Positions 37,407-47,163 of a stretch of 64,000 nt of DNA are shown here, in pieces (position 1 is the stretch's first letter; each line of letters begins with the position of its first letter). The notes under the pieces were generated by a model, which searched no databases, had not been told where the DNA came from, and worked only from the letters and a program-made list of their open reading frames with translations. A program made the translations under genes and the position numbers. This DNA comes from Bacteroidota bacterium (GTDB taxonomy: Bacteria; Bacteroidota; Bacteroidia; UBA8524): positions 53,117-117,116 of the forward strand of contig WBUH01000011.1 of the NCBI GenBank assembly GCA_008933805.1, written 5' to 3'.

Positions 37407-38540
37407 CTATTCAAAATAGTTCATCGTCTTGTAGCCGCCGTCGCGCATATACTTGTCTTTTTTCATCAGTTTCAAGTCGCTGCGCATCATATCATCTACA
37501 AGGGCTTTCAGGTCGTATTTAGGCTCCCAACCCAATTTGGTTTTGGCTTTGGTAGGGTCACCTATTAGCAAGTCTACTTCGGTAGGACGGAAATAACGAG
37601 GGTCAACCGCAATCACTTCTTGTCCTTCTTTCAAGCCTGTGCTAATATCTAACGCGGTTAAGCGGTCAAGGTTTATTGAGGATACCACACCAACTTCCTT
37701 CACTCCCTCACCTTTAAATTCAATAGTAATGCCAAGAAACGCAAACGCCATACGGATAAAATCGCGCACATGGGTGGTAACCCCTGTGGCTACTACATAA
37801 TCCTCGGCTTTTTCTTGTTGTAGCATCAAGTACATCGCCTCTACGTAATCTTTCGCGTGACCCCAATCGCGCTGAGCATCCAAATTACCCACATACAACT
37901 TTTCTTGCAAGCCCAACGTAATTTTTGAAGCCGCACGGGTTATCTTACGGGTTACAAAAGTTTCCCCGCGTATTGGTGATTCGTGGTTAAACAAAATACC
38001 GTTGGTAGCAAACATATTGTAGGCTTCGCGGTAGTTTACCGTAATCCAGTATGCATACATTTTAGCCACCGCATAAGGAGAGCGGGGGTAAAACGGAGTT
38101 TTTTCACTTTGGGGCACCTCTTGCACCAAACCGTACAACTCTGATGTTGACGCTTGATAAAAGCGTGTTTTCTCCGTCAAATTCAATATACGGATGGCCT
38201 CCAACAACCTTAGCGTACCAATAGCATCGCTGTTGGCAGTATATTCAGGCGTTTCAAAGCTCACATGTACGTGGCTTTGTGCAGCAAGGTTATAAATTTC
38301 GTCAGGCTGGGTCTCCTGTATAATCCTAATCAGGTTGGTACTATCCGTCAAGTCGCCGTAGTGAAGTTTCAGCTTCACATTCTTTTCGTGCGGGTCTTGG
38401 TACAAATGGTCTATACGGTCAGTATTAAACAGCGAGCTGCGGCGTTTAATACCGTGTACCTCATAGCCCTTATTCAGCAAAAATTCGGCAAGGTATGCCC
38501 CGTCTTGTCCTGTAATACCTGTTATTAGTGCAGTTTTCAT
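37407..38540 (-). CDS. gmd: GDP-mannose 4,6-dehydratase
   Basis: '[36 protein letters not shown]...YNLAAQSHV...[10 protein letters not shown]...YAVAK' are canonical Gmd motifs. 377 aa. Confidence 0.95.
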   Translation of the reverse strand: MKTALITGITGQDGAYLAEFLLNKGYEVHGIKRRSSLFNTDRIDHLYQDPHEKNVKLKLHYGDLTDSTNLIRIIQETQPDEIYNLAAQSHVHVSFETPEYTANSDAIGTLRLLEAIRILNLTEKTRFYQASTSELYGLVQEVPQSEKTPFYPRSPYAVAKMYAYWITVNYREAYNMFATNGILFNHESPIRGETFVTRKITRAASKITLGLQEKLYVGNLDAQRDWGHAKDYVEAMYLMLQQEKAEDYVVATGVTTHVRDFIRMAFAFLGITIEFKGEGVKEVGVVSSINLDRLTALDISTGLKEGQEVIAVDPRYFRPTEVDLLIGDPTKAKTKLGWEPKYDLKALVDDMMRSDLKLMKKDKYMRDGGYKTMNYFE

Positions 38541-38600
38541 TCAAAAAAGTGGTACTTGAGCGGTTTTAGTTAATTTGCAAAAGTATTTAATAAATCGTTA

Positions 38601-39905
38601 ATGGTAATCATTTATTGCCCTCAAAGCAGCGTTCGGTTCACTTACGCGGTCAAGCAAGTGTTTAGTCTTATGCCCGGGGCCAACTATGAAGTTACCGATA
38701 ACAAAGATGCTTTTTTGCAAAGTAAAGCTGCACGTATTAATTACGATAGCTCTTACATACAAGGAGCAATAAATATTTTTCCGCAGGGATTGCTGTTTCA
38801 AACAAGCATTACCCCTGTAAATCCTACCATCGGGCAATGGCAGGAAAATCCTACACTTTTTGCGGGTGAAGGGGATATACCTTTTGATATTTTCAGTGCC
38901 GCGTTTTGGTTAACAAGCCGCTACGAAGAATATACTGATACCACCCGCGACAACCACGGAAGGTTTGCTGCAAAACAAAGTTTTTTGTTTAAAAACAATT
39001 TACTGCACCTGCCGCTGATTAATATTTGGGCAGATGGACTGCGAAGGATGCTTAATAACACACATGGTCTCGCTTTAAAACCTTTGTCATACAGCTACGT
39101 GCCCACGTTGGATATCGACCAAGTGTATTACTACAAATACCGGCCTCTTATCAGCAGTGTTTTGGGAGCCGGAAAGCAATTTACCAAGGGAAACTTTAAA
39201 GGCTTGGAGCAACGTATGTTGGCTACTCTAAACCTTGTGCCCGACCCTAATAATACGTTTGCATACCAACATAAAATACATGAGCAATACAACATTAGCC
39301 CTGTGTATTTTTTTCATATGGGTACAGGTGGTAAGCACGACCCCACTCCCTTACACACCAAAAAATCAGTTTTAGCCGTAATTAATTCTGTTTCATCCCA
39401 AAATATGGCGGGTATACACCCTTCTTACCGCTCGTTTAATAACGAAGCCATTATCTTGGCCGAGAAAAGAAGGTTAGAGGAAATCATTGGCCGCACTGTG
39501 GAGTGCAGCAGACAACACTACCTTAGATTTACATTACCGGATACTTACAGGCAGTTGATTGAATGTGGTATCACCCATGAATACAGCATGGGCTATGCTG
39601 ATAACACCGGCTACCGCGCAGGTATTTCGTCACCGTTCTTTTGGTTTGACTTGGAACGGAACGAGGTTACCCCACTCACAGTGCACCCGTTTGCAGTGAT
39701 GGATGTAACACTGAAAAACTATATGAAACTTAACACGTTAAATGCTATAAAGGAAATTGAAAAACTAGCTACACCTGTGAAACAATACGGTGGTGAGTTT
39801 AGCAGTTTATGGCACAATGAGTCGCTGGGAAGCTTGCCTGAATGGAAAGGCTGGAGTGATGTTTACGAGGCAATGACTAGTTTTTGCATAACAAATGAAG
39901 ATTGA
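38601..39905 (+). CDS. hypothetical protein, possibly of the Bacteroidota 'polysaccharide deacetylase family protein' group
   Basis: 434 aa with no signal peptide. The N-terminal 'MVIIYCPQSSVRFTYAVKQVF' pattern resembles proteins annotated that way next to sugar-nucleotide loci, but this assignment is from memory only. It overlaps the next gene by 11 nt. Confidence 0.35.
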   Translation: MVIIYCPQSSVRFTYAVKQVFSLMPGANYEVTDNKDAFLQSKAARINYDSSYIQGAINIFPQGLLFQTSITPVNPTIGQWQENPTLFAGEGDIPFDIFSAAFWLTSRYEEYTDTTRDNHGRFAAKQSFLFKNNLLHLPLINIWADGLRRMLNNTHGLALKPLSYSYVPTLDIDQVYYYKYRPLISSVLGAGKQFTKGNFKGLEQRMLATLNLVPDPNNTFAYQHKIHEQYNISPVYFFHMGTGGKHDPTPLHTKKSVLAVINSVSSQNMAGIHPSYRSFNNEAIILAEKRRLEEIIGRTVECSRQHYLRFTLPDTYRQLIECGITHEYSMGYADNTGYRAGISSPFFWFDLERNEVTPLTVHPFAVMDVTLKNYMKLNTLNAIKEIEKLATPVKQYGGEFSSLWHNESLGSLPEWKGWSDVYEAMTSFCITNED

Positions 39906-40812
39906 GTTTTTACATAGGGACGAGATTGACGATGCACTTTGGGATGCTTGTATAAATAAAGCCCTCAATAGCCTTATTTACGGGTACTCATGGTATTTGG
40001 ATGAGGTGTGTGATGATTGGGATGCCCTTGTGTATGACGATTACAAAGCCGTGATGCCCTTGCCCCACCGTCGCAAATGGGGTTTTACATATTGTTACCA
40101 ACCGTTTTTTTGCCAGCAATTAGGCGTTTTTTCTACAACTGAAACCGGTGAAGCGTTATTGAAGGCATTTTTCAGTGCCCTCCCAGCTCACTACACTCTT
40201 TTTGATATGCAGCTTAATGTGTTCTCAAAGCCCCTTGATGGTTTAGGAAAACTGAGAACACGCACAAATTACCGCCTGCCCTTAATCCCTGTGTACGAAA
40301 AGATTGCGTCAGGATATAACAACAACACCAAGCGAAATATTAAAAAGGCAGAGGCCAATAAGATAGCTGCTTTTGAAAATGCTGACCCGTTCTCAGTAAT
40401 TGCACTCTATAAACGCCATTATGCAGATAAAACTCCCGAAATTAATGACGCGGCTTACGACCGATTGACCCGATTGGTTTCAAAGGCAATAAAAATGGGA
40501 GCGGTACAGGCCTGGGGGGTGTACGATGAACACAATACCTTATGCGGCGGGGCGATTTTTTTAACCGACCATAAAAACCTTTATTACCTTTTAGGTGGCG
40601 CTGACGATGCCGGACGCTACAACGGTGGCCTACACACATTGTTTGACGCATTGATTAAAAGGTATGCGGGTTTGGATTTAGTGCTGGATTTTGAAGGCAG
40701 CGATATTGAAGGTATAGCCCGTTTTTATGCCGGTTTGGGAGCAAAACCACTCTCTTATTATCATTTACGAATTAACCGTTTGCCTTGGTGGCTTAAGCTG
40801 TTTAAGAAATAG
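39895..40812 (+). CDS. GNAT-fold / FemAB-like acyltransferase family protein
   Basis: 305 aa. The C-terminal half ('WGVYDEHNTLCGGAIFLTDHKNLYYLLGGADDAGRYNGGLHTLFDALIKRYAG...LDFEGS') resembles Acetyltransf_6/FemAB-type GNAT domains. It is translationally coupled to the upstream gene. Confidence 0.45.
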   Translation: MKIEFLHRDEIDDALWDACINKALNSLIYGYSWYLDEVCDDWDALVYDDYKAVMPLPHRRKWGFTYCYQPFFCQQLGVFSTTETGEALLKAFFSALPAHYTLFDMQLNVFSKPLDGLGKLRTRTNYRLPLIPVYEKIASGYNNNTKRNIKKAEANKIAAFENADPFSVIALYKRHYADKTPEINDAAYDRLTRLVSKAIKMGAVQAWGVYDEHNTLCGGAIFLTDHKNLYYLLGGADDAGRYNGGLHTLFDALIKRYAGLDLVLDFEGSDIEGIARFYAGLGAKPLSYYHLRINRLPWWLKLFKK

Positions 40813-40840
40813 TAATACTCTTTTTGTAACTTGACCCAAA

Positions 40841-41746
40841 ATGAAGGCAGAACTATCTACTGTTTTTTTGGGCATCATCTCATCAGCTGCAACGGCTTGG
40901 ATTACTTATTTTTTTACAAGGCGCAGCGACGAAAGCAGACTTGAAACCGAAAAAAGGCTTGAGCAAAAATTTAAATACTTCTTTCCGTTTAAAAACGAGT
41001 GTATTGAGTTTAAGCACCGTGTGAAACACATTGCCCGCGACTTGAGCGGATTTAGAGGAAACAATGACGGGGTTAAAAAAATTAATCAGGCTAAAATGAA
41101 AGCCCACTTTAAAGAGGGCTCAACGTTGGATATCCCGTCTGAAAAAACCGATTGGTTTTTTGTTGACTTTTACTCACGCCCTATCAACGGCAACCCGATT
41201 ATACCCGGCGGGTATTTTTTTACTTCAACACTGTATATGCACTGTCTGCTATTCAGACAAATTACCATTCTGCAAAACGAATATCCTTTTATGTCGGTTG
41301 AACTAAACAAATTCAGTCCTCCAAAAAGTGCAGGGGCAGATACCGGTGACGTTGAGTTTTTTAACTACTGCAAAAAGGTTGTAAGCCAAGAGTCAGTGGG
41401 CATAGGGTACCGGAATAAACTGGTTGAAATACGCGAAAAAGGACCTATACAAAGCATCAACACTTTAATTGAAGCCATCCGCTTATCTACAGTGTTTAGC
41501 GGCGGACTACCTTACAATATGCACATCTCATTTGGCGCCTACGTTATGAAAGGCGATGGCATTATAAGTTATGAGGAATTTTGTACAGAACTGACCAATA
41601 AAAGTACCCTAACAAAGTTTTTGCCCCTGATACGATTTTGGCAAAAACTGGGTAGCGATGATGGCGATGTTCAATCAGAGGCCATACAAAGTTTATGTGC
41701 TTTGTATGTAGCACTAGAAAATATTGAGTATTGCGATTTGAAGTAG
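40841..41746 (+). CDS. hypothetical membrane-anchored protein (single N-terminal TM)
   Basis: 'MKAELSTVFLGIISSAATAWITYFF' is a TM helix. No recognisable domain. 301 aa. Confidence 0.45.
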   Translation: MKAELSTVFLGIISSAATAWITYFFTRRSDESRLETEKRLEQKFKYFFPFKNECIEFKHRVKHIARDLSGFRGNNDGVKKINQAKMKAHFKEGSTLDIPSEKTDWFFVDFYSRPINGNPIIPGGYFFTSTLYMHCLLFRQITILQNEYPFMSVELNKFSPPKSAGADTGDVEFFNYCKKVVSQESVGIGYRNKLVEIREKGPIQSINTLIEAIRLSTVFSGGLPYNMHISFGAYVMKGDGIISYEEFCTELTNKSTLTKFLPLIRFWQKLGSDDGDVQSEAIQSLCALYVALENIEYCDLK

Positions 41747-41747
41747 C

Positions 41748-42281
41748 TTATGCCCCTAAAATTTTTGCATTCACAAAAAAGCGGGTTTTCACATCCAAAT
41801 CAACGTTTTGGTTAAGGGCTTTATCTGTAACGGTTTTCACCCTTAGTTTAATCTTATCCTTCATCACATACTCTTTCAGGTTATCGCTGGCATAATCCAA
41901 CTCAAGCACGCTTAAACCATCGGGAATATTGTTTTTTGATGCTATTTCTTTTTCGGGCAAACCATCAGCAGAAATAAACACGTTTATTGATTTCAAAAAA
42001 TCAAGATTTTGGCCTTGTGGTGCTTTCACAGTAAGGTTCATTCCTGCCATCTTAATCTCGTCCACCATATCCTTGCGAGTATCGTTGGCACTAAACTGCT
42101 CTTCGTAGTTTGTAGTAATATCGGGCGTAAGTATATCAAACGGAAGATTAATACCCATATTGGCAGGCACGGTTACAGAGGCATTATAGTCTAAATAAAA
42201 CTCGGTAAGTTTTTCAAGCTTCTTGCAAGCATTCAATGTAAGCCCTGTAACGGCAATCAGAATAACGATCAGTTTTTTCAT
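41748..42281 (-). CDS. hypothetical lipoprotein
   Basis: 'MKKLIVILIAVTGLTLNACKK' is a lipobox. 177 aa, no recognisable domain. Confidence 0.5.
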   Translation of the reverse strand: MKKLIVILIAVTGLTLNACKKLEKLTEFYLDYNASVTVPANMGINLPFDILTPDITTNYEEQFSANDTRKDMVDEIKMAGMNLTVKAPQGQNLDFLKSINVFISADGLPEKEIASKNNIPDGLSVLELDYASDNLKEYVMKDKIKLRVKTVTDKALNQNVDLDVKTRFFVNAKILGA

Positions 42282-42375
42282 AGCGGTAAGTTTTAATTAA
42301 AAGTTAACCCCGCAAAACGCGGAACCTATTTATGTATCTACAAATTCCCACATCAGCGGGAACGGCTGTTTCTAC

Positions 42376-44520
42376 CTATTTTATAATTGTTGCCCCAAGC
42401 AAATCAGTGATTTGTTTGCGGTAATTTAAAAACATCATGTGTTTTTGCAATAATACATCCAATTTTTGGGCCACATCTTCTGTTTCAACAGCTTGTGTGC
42501 CTTCATTATCAAAAACATCCTCCGCAACCGGCGGCAAATCAATCACATTTCCGTCTTCATCTATAAACACCGGAATCTCTTCTTGGTTCATTGTGTCCAC
42601 AGGCATTTCAATAATATTTCCGTCCTCGTCCACATACACCGGCACGTTTGCCCCCTCATTAAAAGATGCCTGAACAGTAACAGGCGTTTCCTCTAGCCTG
42701 CGCATTTCTTCAAGGTTTTGCTGCATCATCACATCCAGTTTCTTTAGTTTCAGGTGCAGCATCACACTATCCGCATCGTTTGCGTAATTGTCTTTTATCT
42801 CGGTAATATAAATTTCAAACTTCTCTTCCCAATGAGGACTGATTTTGTACTTCTCGGTCAAAAAATCAGCCGCCTGTGCCACAATCTCCAAATCCTCACT
42901 GTGTAAAAAAAAGTTCTCACCCAAAGGCTCCATATTTTCAATGGTAGTTTTCACCATTTGCAACACCCGCTTATAAAGGGGATGCTCAAACTCAAATCCA
43001 TCGGCCTCTATCTGTTGCAATAAATAATCAGCAACGGTAAACACTGTATCGCGGTAGGGTAAATGACCGTATTGCATCAACACCCTTGCCACACCCTTCT
43101 CCTGTTCTAAACCAATACTTATGGCAGGTTGGGTTTCTTCTTCCCAAAATGGTTCGGCGTTTATGTGTTCCAGTTCATCCAGCAGCTTGCGTTCTTCGGG
43201 GTCTTTTACATCCGTTTTACGGCGTATTTTGTTCACCTCCGCCATCAGCAACTCAGGCCCTACTTCAAACACCCTTGCACACTCGTTAATAAAAGTGCTG
43301 CGGGTTATGCTGTCGGTTATTTTGCTGATGCTCTCTACTATATCACGTATGGCCGCCGATTTCTTTATCGGGTCGTTTTTAGCTTCACCTATCAGCAACT
43401 CCGATTTATACAGGATAAAATCCTTTTCGTTTTCGTCGAGGTATTTCTGGAAGGCCGCACCGCCCAATTTCTGGCAATATGTATCAGGGTCTTCGCCTTC
43501 GGGCAGCAGAACCACCTTCACATTCAGCCCGCCTGCCAAAATTATGTCGATACCGCGCAAAGCAGCTTTTATACCCGCAGGGTCGCCATCGTATATAATA
43601 CTTACGTTTTTTGTGAACCGATAGATTTGCTTTACCTGCCCATCAGTAAGTGAGGTGCCTGATGAGGCTGCTACGTTTTCAATTCCTGCCTGACTAAGTG
43701 TGATAACATCGGTATAGCCTTCTACCAGATAACATTTATCGTGCTGACGGATGCTGTTTTTGGCGAAGTAAATGCCGTATAAAATCTCTGACTTTTTGTA
43801 AACATCCGTTTCGGGACTGTTCAGGTATTTAGGGCTTTTATCATCTTTTACCAACTGGCGTCCGCCAAAAGCCACTACCCTGCCGCTAAGGTTATGAAAG
43901 GGGAACATTACCCGTTCTCGGAACATATCAAAGGCGCGGCCCTGGTCGTTTACTTTGCTCAATCCTGCTTTTTGCAGCACATCAAGGCTGTAGCCAATTT
44001 TTACAGCATTATCTGTAAAACTACCCCACTCCTTCTTAGTGTACCCCAGCCCGAATTTTTTTATGGTTTCATCCCTAAAACCTCGTTCGTAAAAGTAGGT
44101 TTTGCCAACTGTTTTGCCCTCTTCTTCCTCCCACAAATTGTGTTGAAACTGTTGTGCGGCATACTCAAGGGCGATAAACAAACTTTCGCGTTCGCTGGCA
44201 GCGGCCACCGCTTCGGGAGTTTGGTTCTTTTCTTCAACAACCTCAATATTGTACTTGCGGGCTAAGTAACGCAAAGCATCGGCGTACTCCATTTTCTCGT
44301 GGTCCATAATAAAGCCCACAGAGTTTCCTGCCTTTCCGCACCCGAAGCATTTGTAAATGCCTTTATTGGGCGACACCACAAACGAAGGGGTCTTTTCACC
44401 GTGAAACGGGCATAATCCCATAAGGTTTGACCCCCGCTTTTTCAGCGTGACAAAATCGCCTACCACCTCATCTATCTGGGCGGCGGCCAATATGTCTTCA
44501 ACTGTTTGCTTAGGGATCAT
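42376..44520 (-). CDS. dnaG: DNA primase
   Basis: CHC2 zinc finger 'CPFHGEKTPSFVVSPNKGIYKCFGCGKAGNSVGFIMDHE', the Toprim region ('YLVEGYTDVITLSQAG', 'IYDGDPAGIKAA'), and a long C-terminal extension. The start is taken at ATG 44518-44520 (MIPKQTVEDI). The ORF extends to 44547. Confidence 0.9.
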   Translation of the reverse strand: MIPKQTVEDILAAAQIDEVVGDFVTLKKRGSNLMGLCPFHGEKTPSFVVSPNKGIYKCFGCGKAGNSVGFIMDHEKMEYADALRYLARKYNIEVVEEKNQTPEAVAAASERESLFIALEYAAQQFQHNLWEEEEGKTVGKTYFYERGFRDETIKKFGLGYTKKEWGSFTDNAVKIGYSLDVLQKAGLSKVNDQGRAFDMFRERVMFPFHNLSGRVVAFGGRQLVKDDKSPKYLNSPETDVYKKSEILYGIYFAKNSIRQHDKCYLVEGYTDVITLSQAGIENVAASSGTSLTDGQVKQIYRFTKNVSIIYDGDPAGIKAALRGIDIILAGGLNVKVVLLPEGEDPDTYCQKLGGAAFQKYLDENEKDFILYKSELLIGEAKNDPIKKSAAIRDIVESISKITDSITRSTFINECARVFEVGPELLMAEVNKIRRKTDVKDPEERKLLDELEHINAEPFWEEETQPAISIGLEQEKGVARVLMQYGHLPYRDTVFTVADYLLQQIEADGFEFEHPLYKRVLQMVKTTIENMEPLGENFFLHSEDLEIVAQAADFLTEKYKISPHWEEKFEIYITEIKDNYANDADSVMLHLKLKKLDVMMQQNLEEMRRLEETPVTVQASFNEGANVPVYVDEDGNIIEMPVDTMNQEEIPVFIDEDGNVIDLPPVAEDVFDNEGTQAVETEDVAQKLDVLLQKHMMFLNYRKQITDLLGATIIK

Positions 44521-44569
44521 TTTTACAAAGGATTTTTTGTTTTGCAAAGAAACAAGATTTTGGGCAGTA

Positions 44570-44680
44570 ACACGGGCCTGAATATAAAATTCAGGCCTTT
44601 TGCGGATTTATCCCCAATGGTTTAAAAGCATTCGAGATAAACCATTGAGCAAAACACGGGCTTTATGCCCGTTGCCACAA
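44570..44680. repeat. compound-hairpin dispersed repeat, copy 3
   Basis: 'cctgaatataaaattcaggcc', 'ccccaatggtttaaaagcattcgag...aaccattg' and 'cgggctttatgcccg' are the same modules as at 58965-59090 and 14205/14962. Confidence 0.65.
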
Positions 44681-44736
44681 CCGTTGTAAAAAACCTACAT
44701 CATAATTCAACCAAAACCCTGTATTTTGAAACCACA

Positions 44737-47163
44737 ATGCCCGCTAATACACAAGCTGCAATTAATTGGTTTTCATCGCTGGGCTGGACTCCCCAAAAGT
44801 TCCAGCAACAGGCTTGGAACGCCTATTTGCAAGGTAAAAGCGGATTGGTTAATGCCCCTACAGGCAGCGGCAAAACATACAGCCTATTGATACCCGCCCT
44901 ATTAGAAGGGCTGGCCAATGGCACACAACCAACCACCAAAGGCTTGCAGCTTATTTGGCTCACCCCTATAAGGGCATTGGCGAAAGAAATTGAACTATCT
45001 GCCCGCAGGGCTATTGCCGGGCTGGGCAGCACGTGGGAGGTGGGCATCCGCACGGGCGACACTTCTACCAAAGAGCGGACTAAGCAAGCCAAACAAATGC
45101 CGCAAATACTGATTACCACACCTGAAAGTTTACACCTGATGTTTTGCCAAAAGGGGAATAGCGAGCTATTTAAAAATCTTAAGTGTGTGGTGGCCGATGA
45201 ATGGCACGAGTTGGTAGGCAGTAAACGCGGAGTACAAGTTGAACTGGCACTCAGTCGTTTAAAAAAAACATCTAATCAACTGAAAATATGGGGAATATCT
45301 GCGACAATTGGCAACATGGACCAAGCCCGAGAGATTTTGCTGGGCACAGACTATTACCCCCAATCGGTGCTTGTAAAATCCGATATTAAAAAGAAGGTGA
45401 TTGTTGAAACCGTTTTCCCTGATGAGATTGAAAATTTCCCTTGGGCGGGTCATTTAGGAATAAAACTGCTTGAGAAGGTAGTCCCTATTATAGATGAAGG
45501 CAAAAGCACGCTACTGTTTACCAATACCCGCGCACAAAGCGAGATTTGGTACCAGCGCTTACTGGATGCCGCTCCCCACCTTTCGGGCATTATGGCTTTG
45601 CACCACGGCAGCATTGGACTTGAGCTTCGCCACTGGGTAGAGGAGCAACTGCACATAGGCAACCTAAAAGCAGTGGTTTGCACCAGCAGTCTTGATTTGG
45701 GAGTAGATTTTCGCCCTGTGGAAACCATTATCCAAATTGGCAGCCCCAAAGGTGTTGCCCGCTTTTTGCAACGGGCAGGACGAAGCGGACACCAACCGGG
45801 AAAGCCCAGTAAAATCCACTTTGTACCCACTCACTCGCTGGAGATAATAGAAGGTGCCGCCCTGCGCGAAGCCATTAAACAAGGGATGATGGAAGATCGT
45901 ATTCCCTTTGTACGCAGTTTTGATGTGTTGGTGCAATACTTGGTTACACTGGCCGTTGGCGAAGGATTCCGCGCACAAGAAGTATATGAAGAGATAACAA
46001 CCACCTTTTGCTACAGCAGCATAAGTTCCGAAGAATTTGAGTGGGTGTTGAGATTTATCGTTTCAGGGGGCGATAGCCTTCAAGCGTATGATGAATACCA
46101 CAAAGTAGTAATTGAAAACGGCTTGTTTAAGGTAGAAAGCAGGCAAATAGCCATGCGTCACCGCCTTTCTATCGGCACAATTGTGAGCGACGCCGTTTTA
46201 CGCGTAAAATTTTTAAGCGGAAAAAACATAGGCACTATTGAAGAGTCGTTTATCAGCAAATTACGTCCCGGCGACACTTTTTGGATAGCAGGCCGCAACC
46301 TTGAATTGATACAAGTGAAGGAAATGGATGTATTGGTGCGAAAATCAGACGGAAAAAAAGGGATAACGCCCAGTTGGGGCGGGGGTAGGATGCCCCTATC
46401 ATCACAGCTTTCTGAAATGTTGCGCCACAAACTGCACACCGCAAGCACCAGCAACGAGGAGGAAGTGAAACTGCTGCGTCCGTTGTTTGATATGCAAAAC
46501 AAACTCTCGATTGTTCCCAACGAAAACCAGTTTTTGATTGAGAAGTTTACTACCAATGAGGGTTGCCATGTTTATTTTTACCCTTTTGAAGGCCGTGCCG
46601 TGCATGAGGGGATGGCGGCCTTGTTGGCTTTCCGTTTGGGGCATTTTAAAAACTTCAGCTTTAGCATTGCGATGAACGACTACGGGTTTGAACTCCTTAG
46701 CGACCAAGACATTCCCATTGAGCAAGCGGTGGATAGCGATATTTTTACGCTCGACCATTTGTTTGCTGATATACGCGCCAGTATAAACGATACCGAGATG
46801 GCCCGCCGTAAGTTTGCAGAGATTTGCAAAGTAGCAGGATTGGTATTTCAGGGCTATCCGGGTAAAGGAATAAAGGAACGCCATTTGCAATCATCGTCGC
46901 AATTGTTTTTTGATGTGTTCCACGAGCATGAACCCGATAATTTATTACTGAAACAAGCCTACGAGGAGGTGTACGACTTTCAGCTGGAGCAAACCCGTAT
47001 GCAAAAGGCTATGGAGCGCATTAACCGACAAGAGATAATTATCCGGTATCCTTCACAACCTACACCGTTTTCATTCCCCATTATGGTTGACCGCCTGCGT
47101 GAAAAATACAGCAACGAGCCCATTGAGGAGCGTATCAAAAAGATGAAACTGGAGTTTGATTAG
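44737..47163 (+). CDS. Lhr-like DEXH-box ATP-dependent helicase (ligase-associated/Lhr-core type)
   Basis: 'FQQQAWNAYLQGKSGLVNAPTGSGKT' (motif I), 'VVADEWHEL' (DExH), 'LFTNTRAQSE', 'HHGSIGLELR', 'SSLDLGVDF', 'QRAGRSGH' (motif VI). The start is taken at ATG 44737 because ATG 44665 lies inside the repeat hairpin 'cgggctttatgcccg'. Confidence 0.8.
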   Translation: MPANTQAAINWFSSLGWTPQKFQQQAWNAYLQGKSGLVNAPTGSGKTYSLLIPALLEGLANGTQPTTKGLQLIWLTPIRALAKEIELSARRAIAGLGSTWEVGIRTGDTSTKERTKQAKQMPQILITTPESLHLMFCQKGNSELFKNLKCVVADEWHELVGSKRGVQVELALSRLKKTSNQLKIWGISATIGNMDQAREILLGTDYYPQSVLVKSDIKKKVIVETVFPDEIENFPWAGHLGIKLLEKVVPIIDEGKSTLLFTNTRAQSEIWYQRLLDAAPHLSGIMALHHGSIGLELRHWVEEQLHIGNLKAVVCTSSLDLGVDFRPVETIIQIGSPKGVARFLQRAGRSGHQPGKPSKIHFVPTHSLEIIEGAALREAIKQGMMEDRIPFVRSFDVLVQYLVTLAVGEGFRAQEVYEEITTTFCYSSISSEEFEWVLRFIVSGGDSLQAYDEYHKVVIENGLFKVESRQIAMRHRLSIGTIVSDAVLRVKFLSGKNIGTIEESFISKLRPGDTFWIAGRNLELIQVKEMDVLVRKSDGKKGITPSWGGGRMPLSSQLSEMLRHKLHTASTSNEEEVKLLRPLFDMQNKLSIVPNENQFLIEKFTTNEGCHVYFYPFEGRAVHEGMAALLAFRLGHFKNFSFSIAMNDYGFELLSDQDIPIEQAVDSDIFTLDHLFADIRASINDTEMARRKFAEICKVAGLVFQGYPGKGIKERHLQSSSQLFFDVFHEHEPDNLLLKQAYEEVYDFQLEQTRMQKAMERINRQEIIIRYPSQPTPFSFPIMVDRLREKYSNEPIEERIKKMKLEFD

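Noticed and set aside
44665-44736. Upstream ATG (44665) for the Lhr-like helicase
   Set aside because: That ATG lies inside the 'cgggctttatgcccg' hairpin of the dispersed repeat. The N-terminal 24 aa it would add look non-native. ATG 44737 is preferred.
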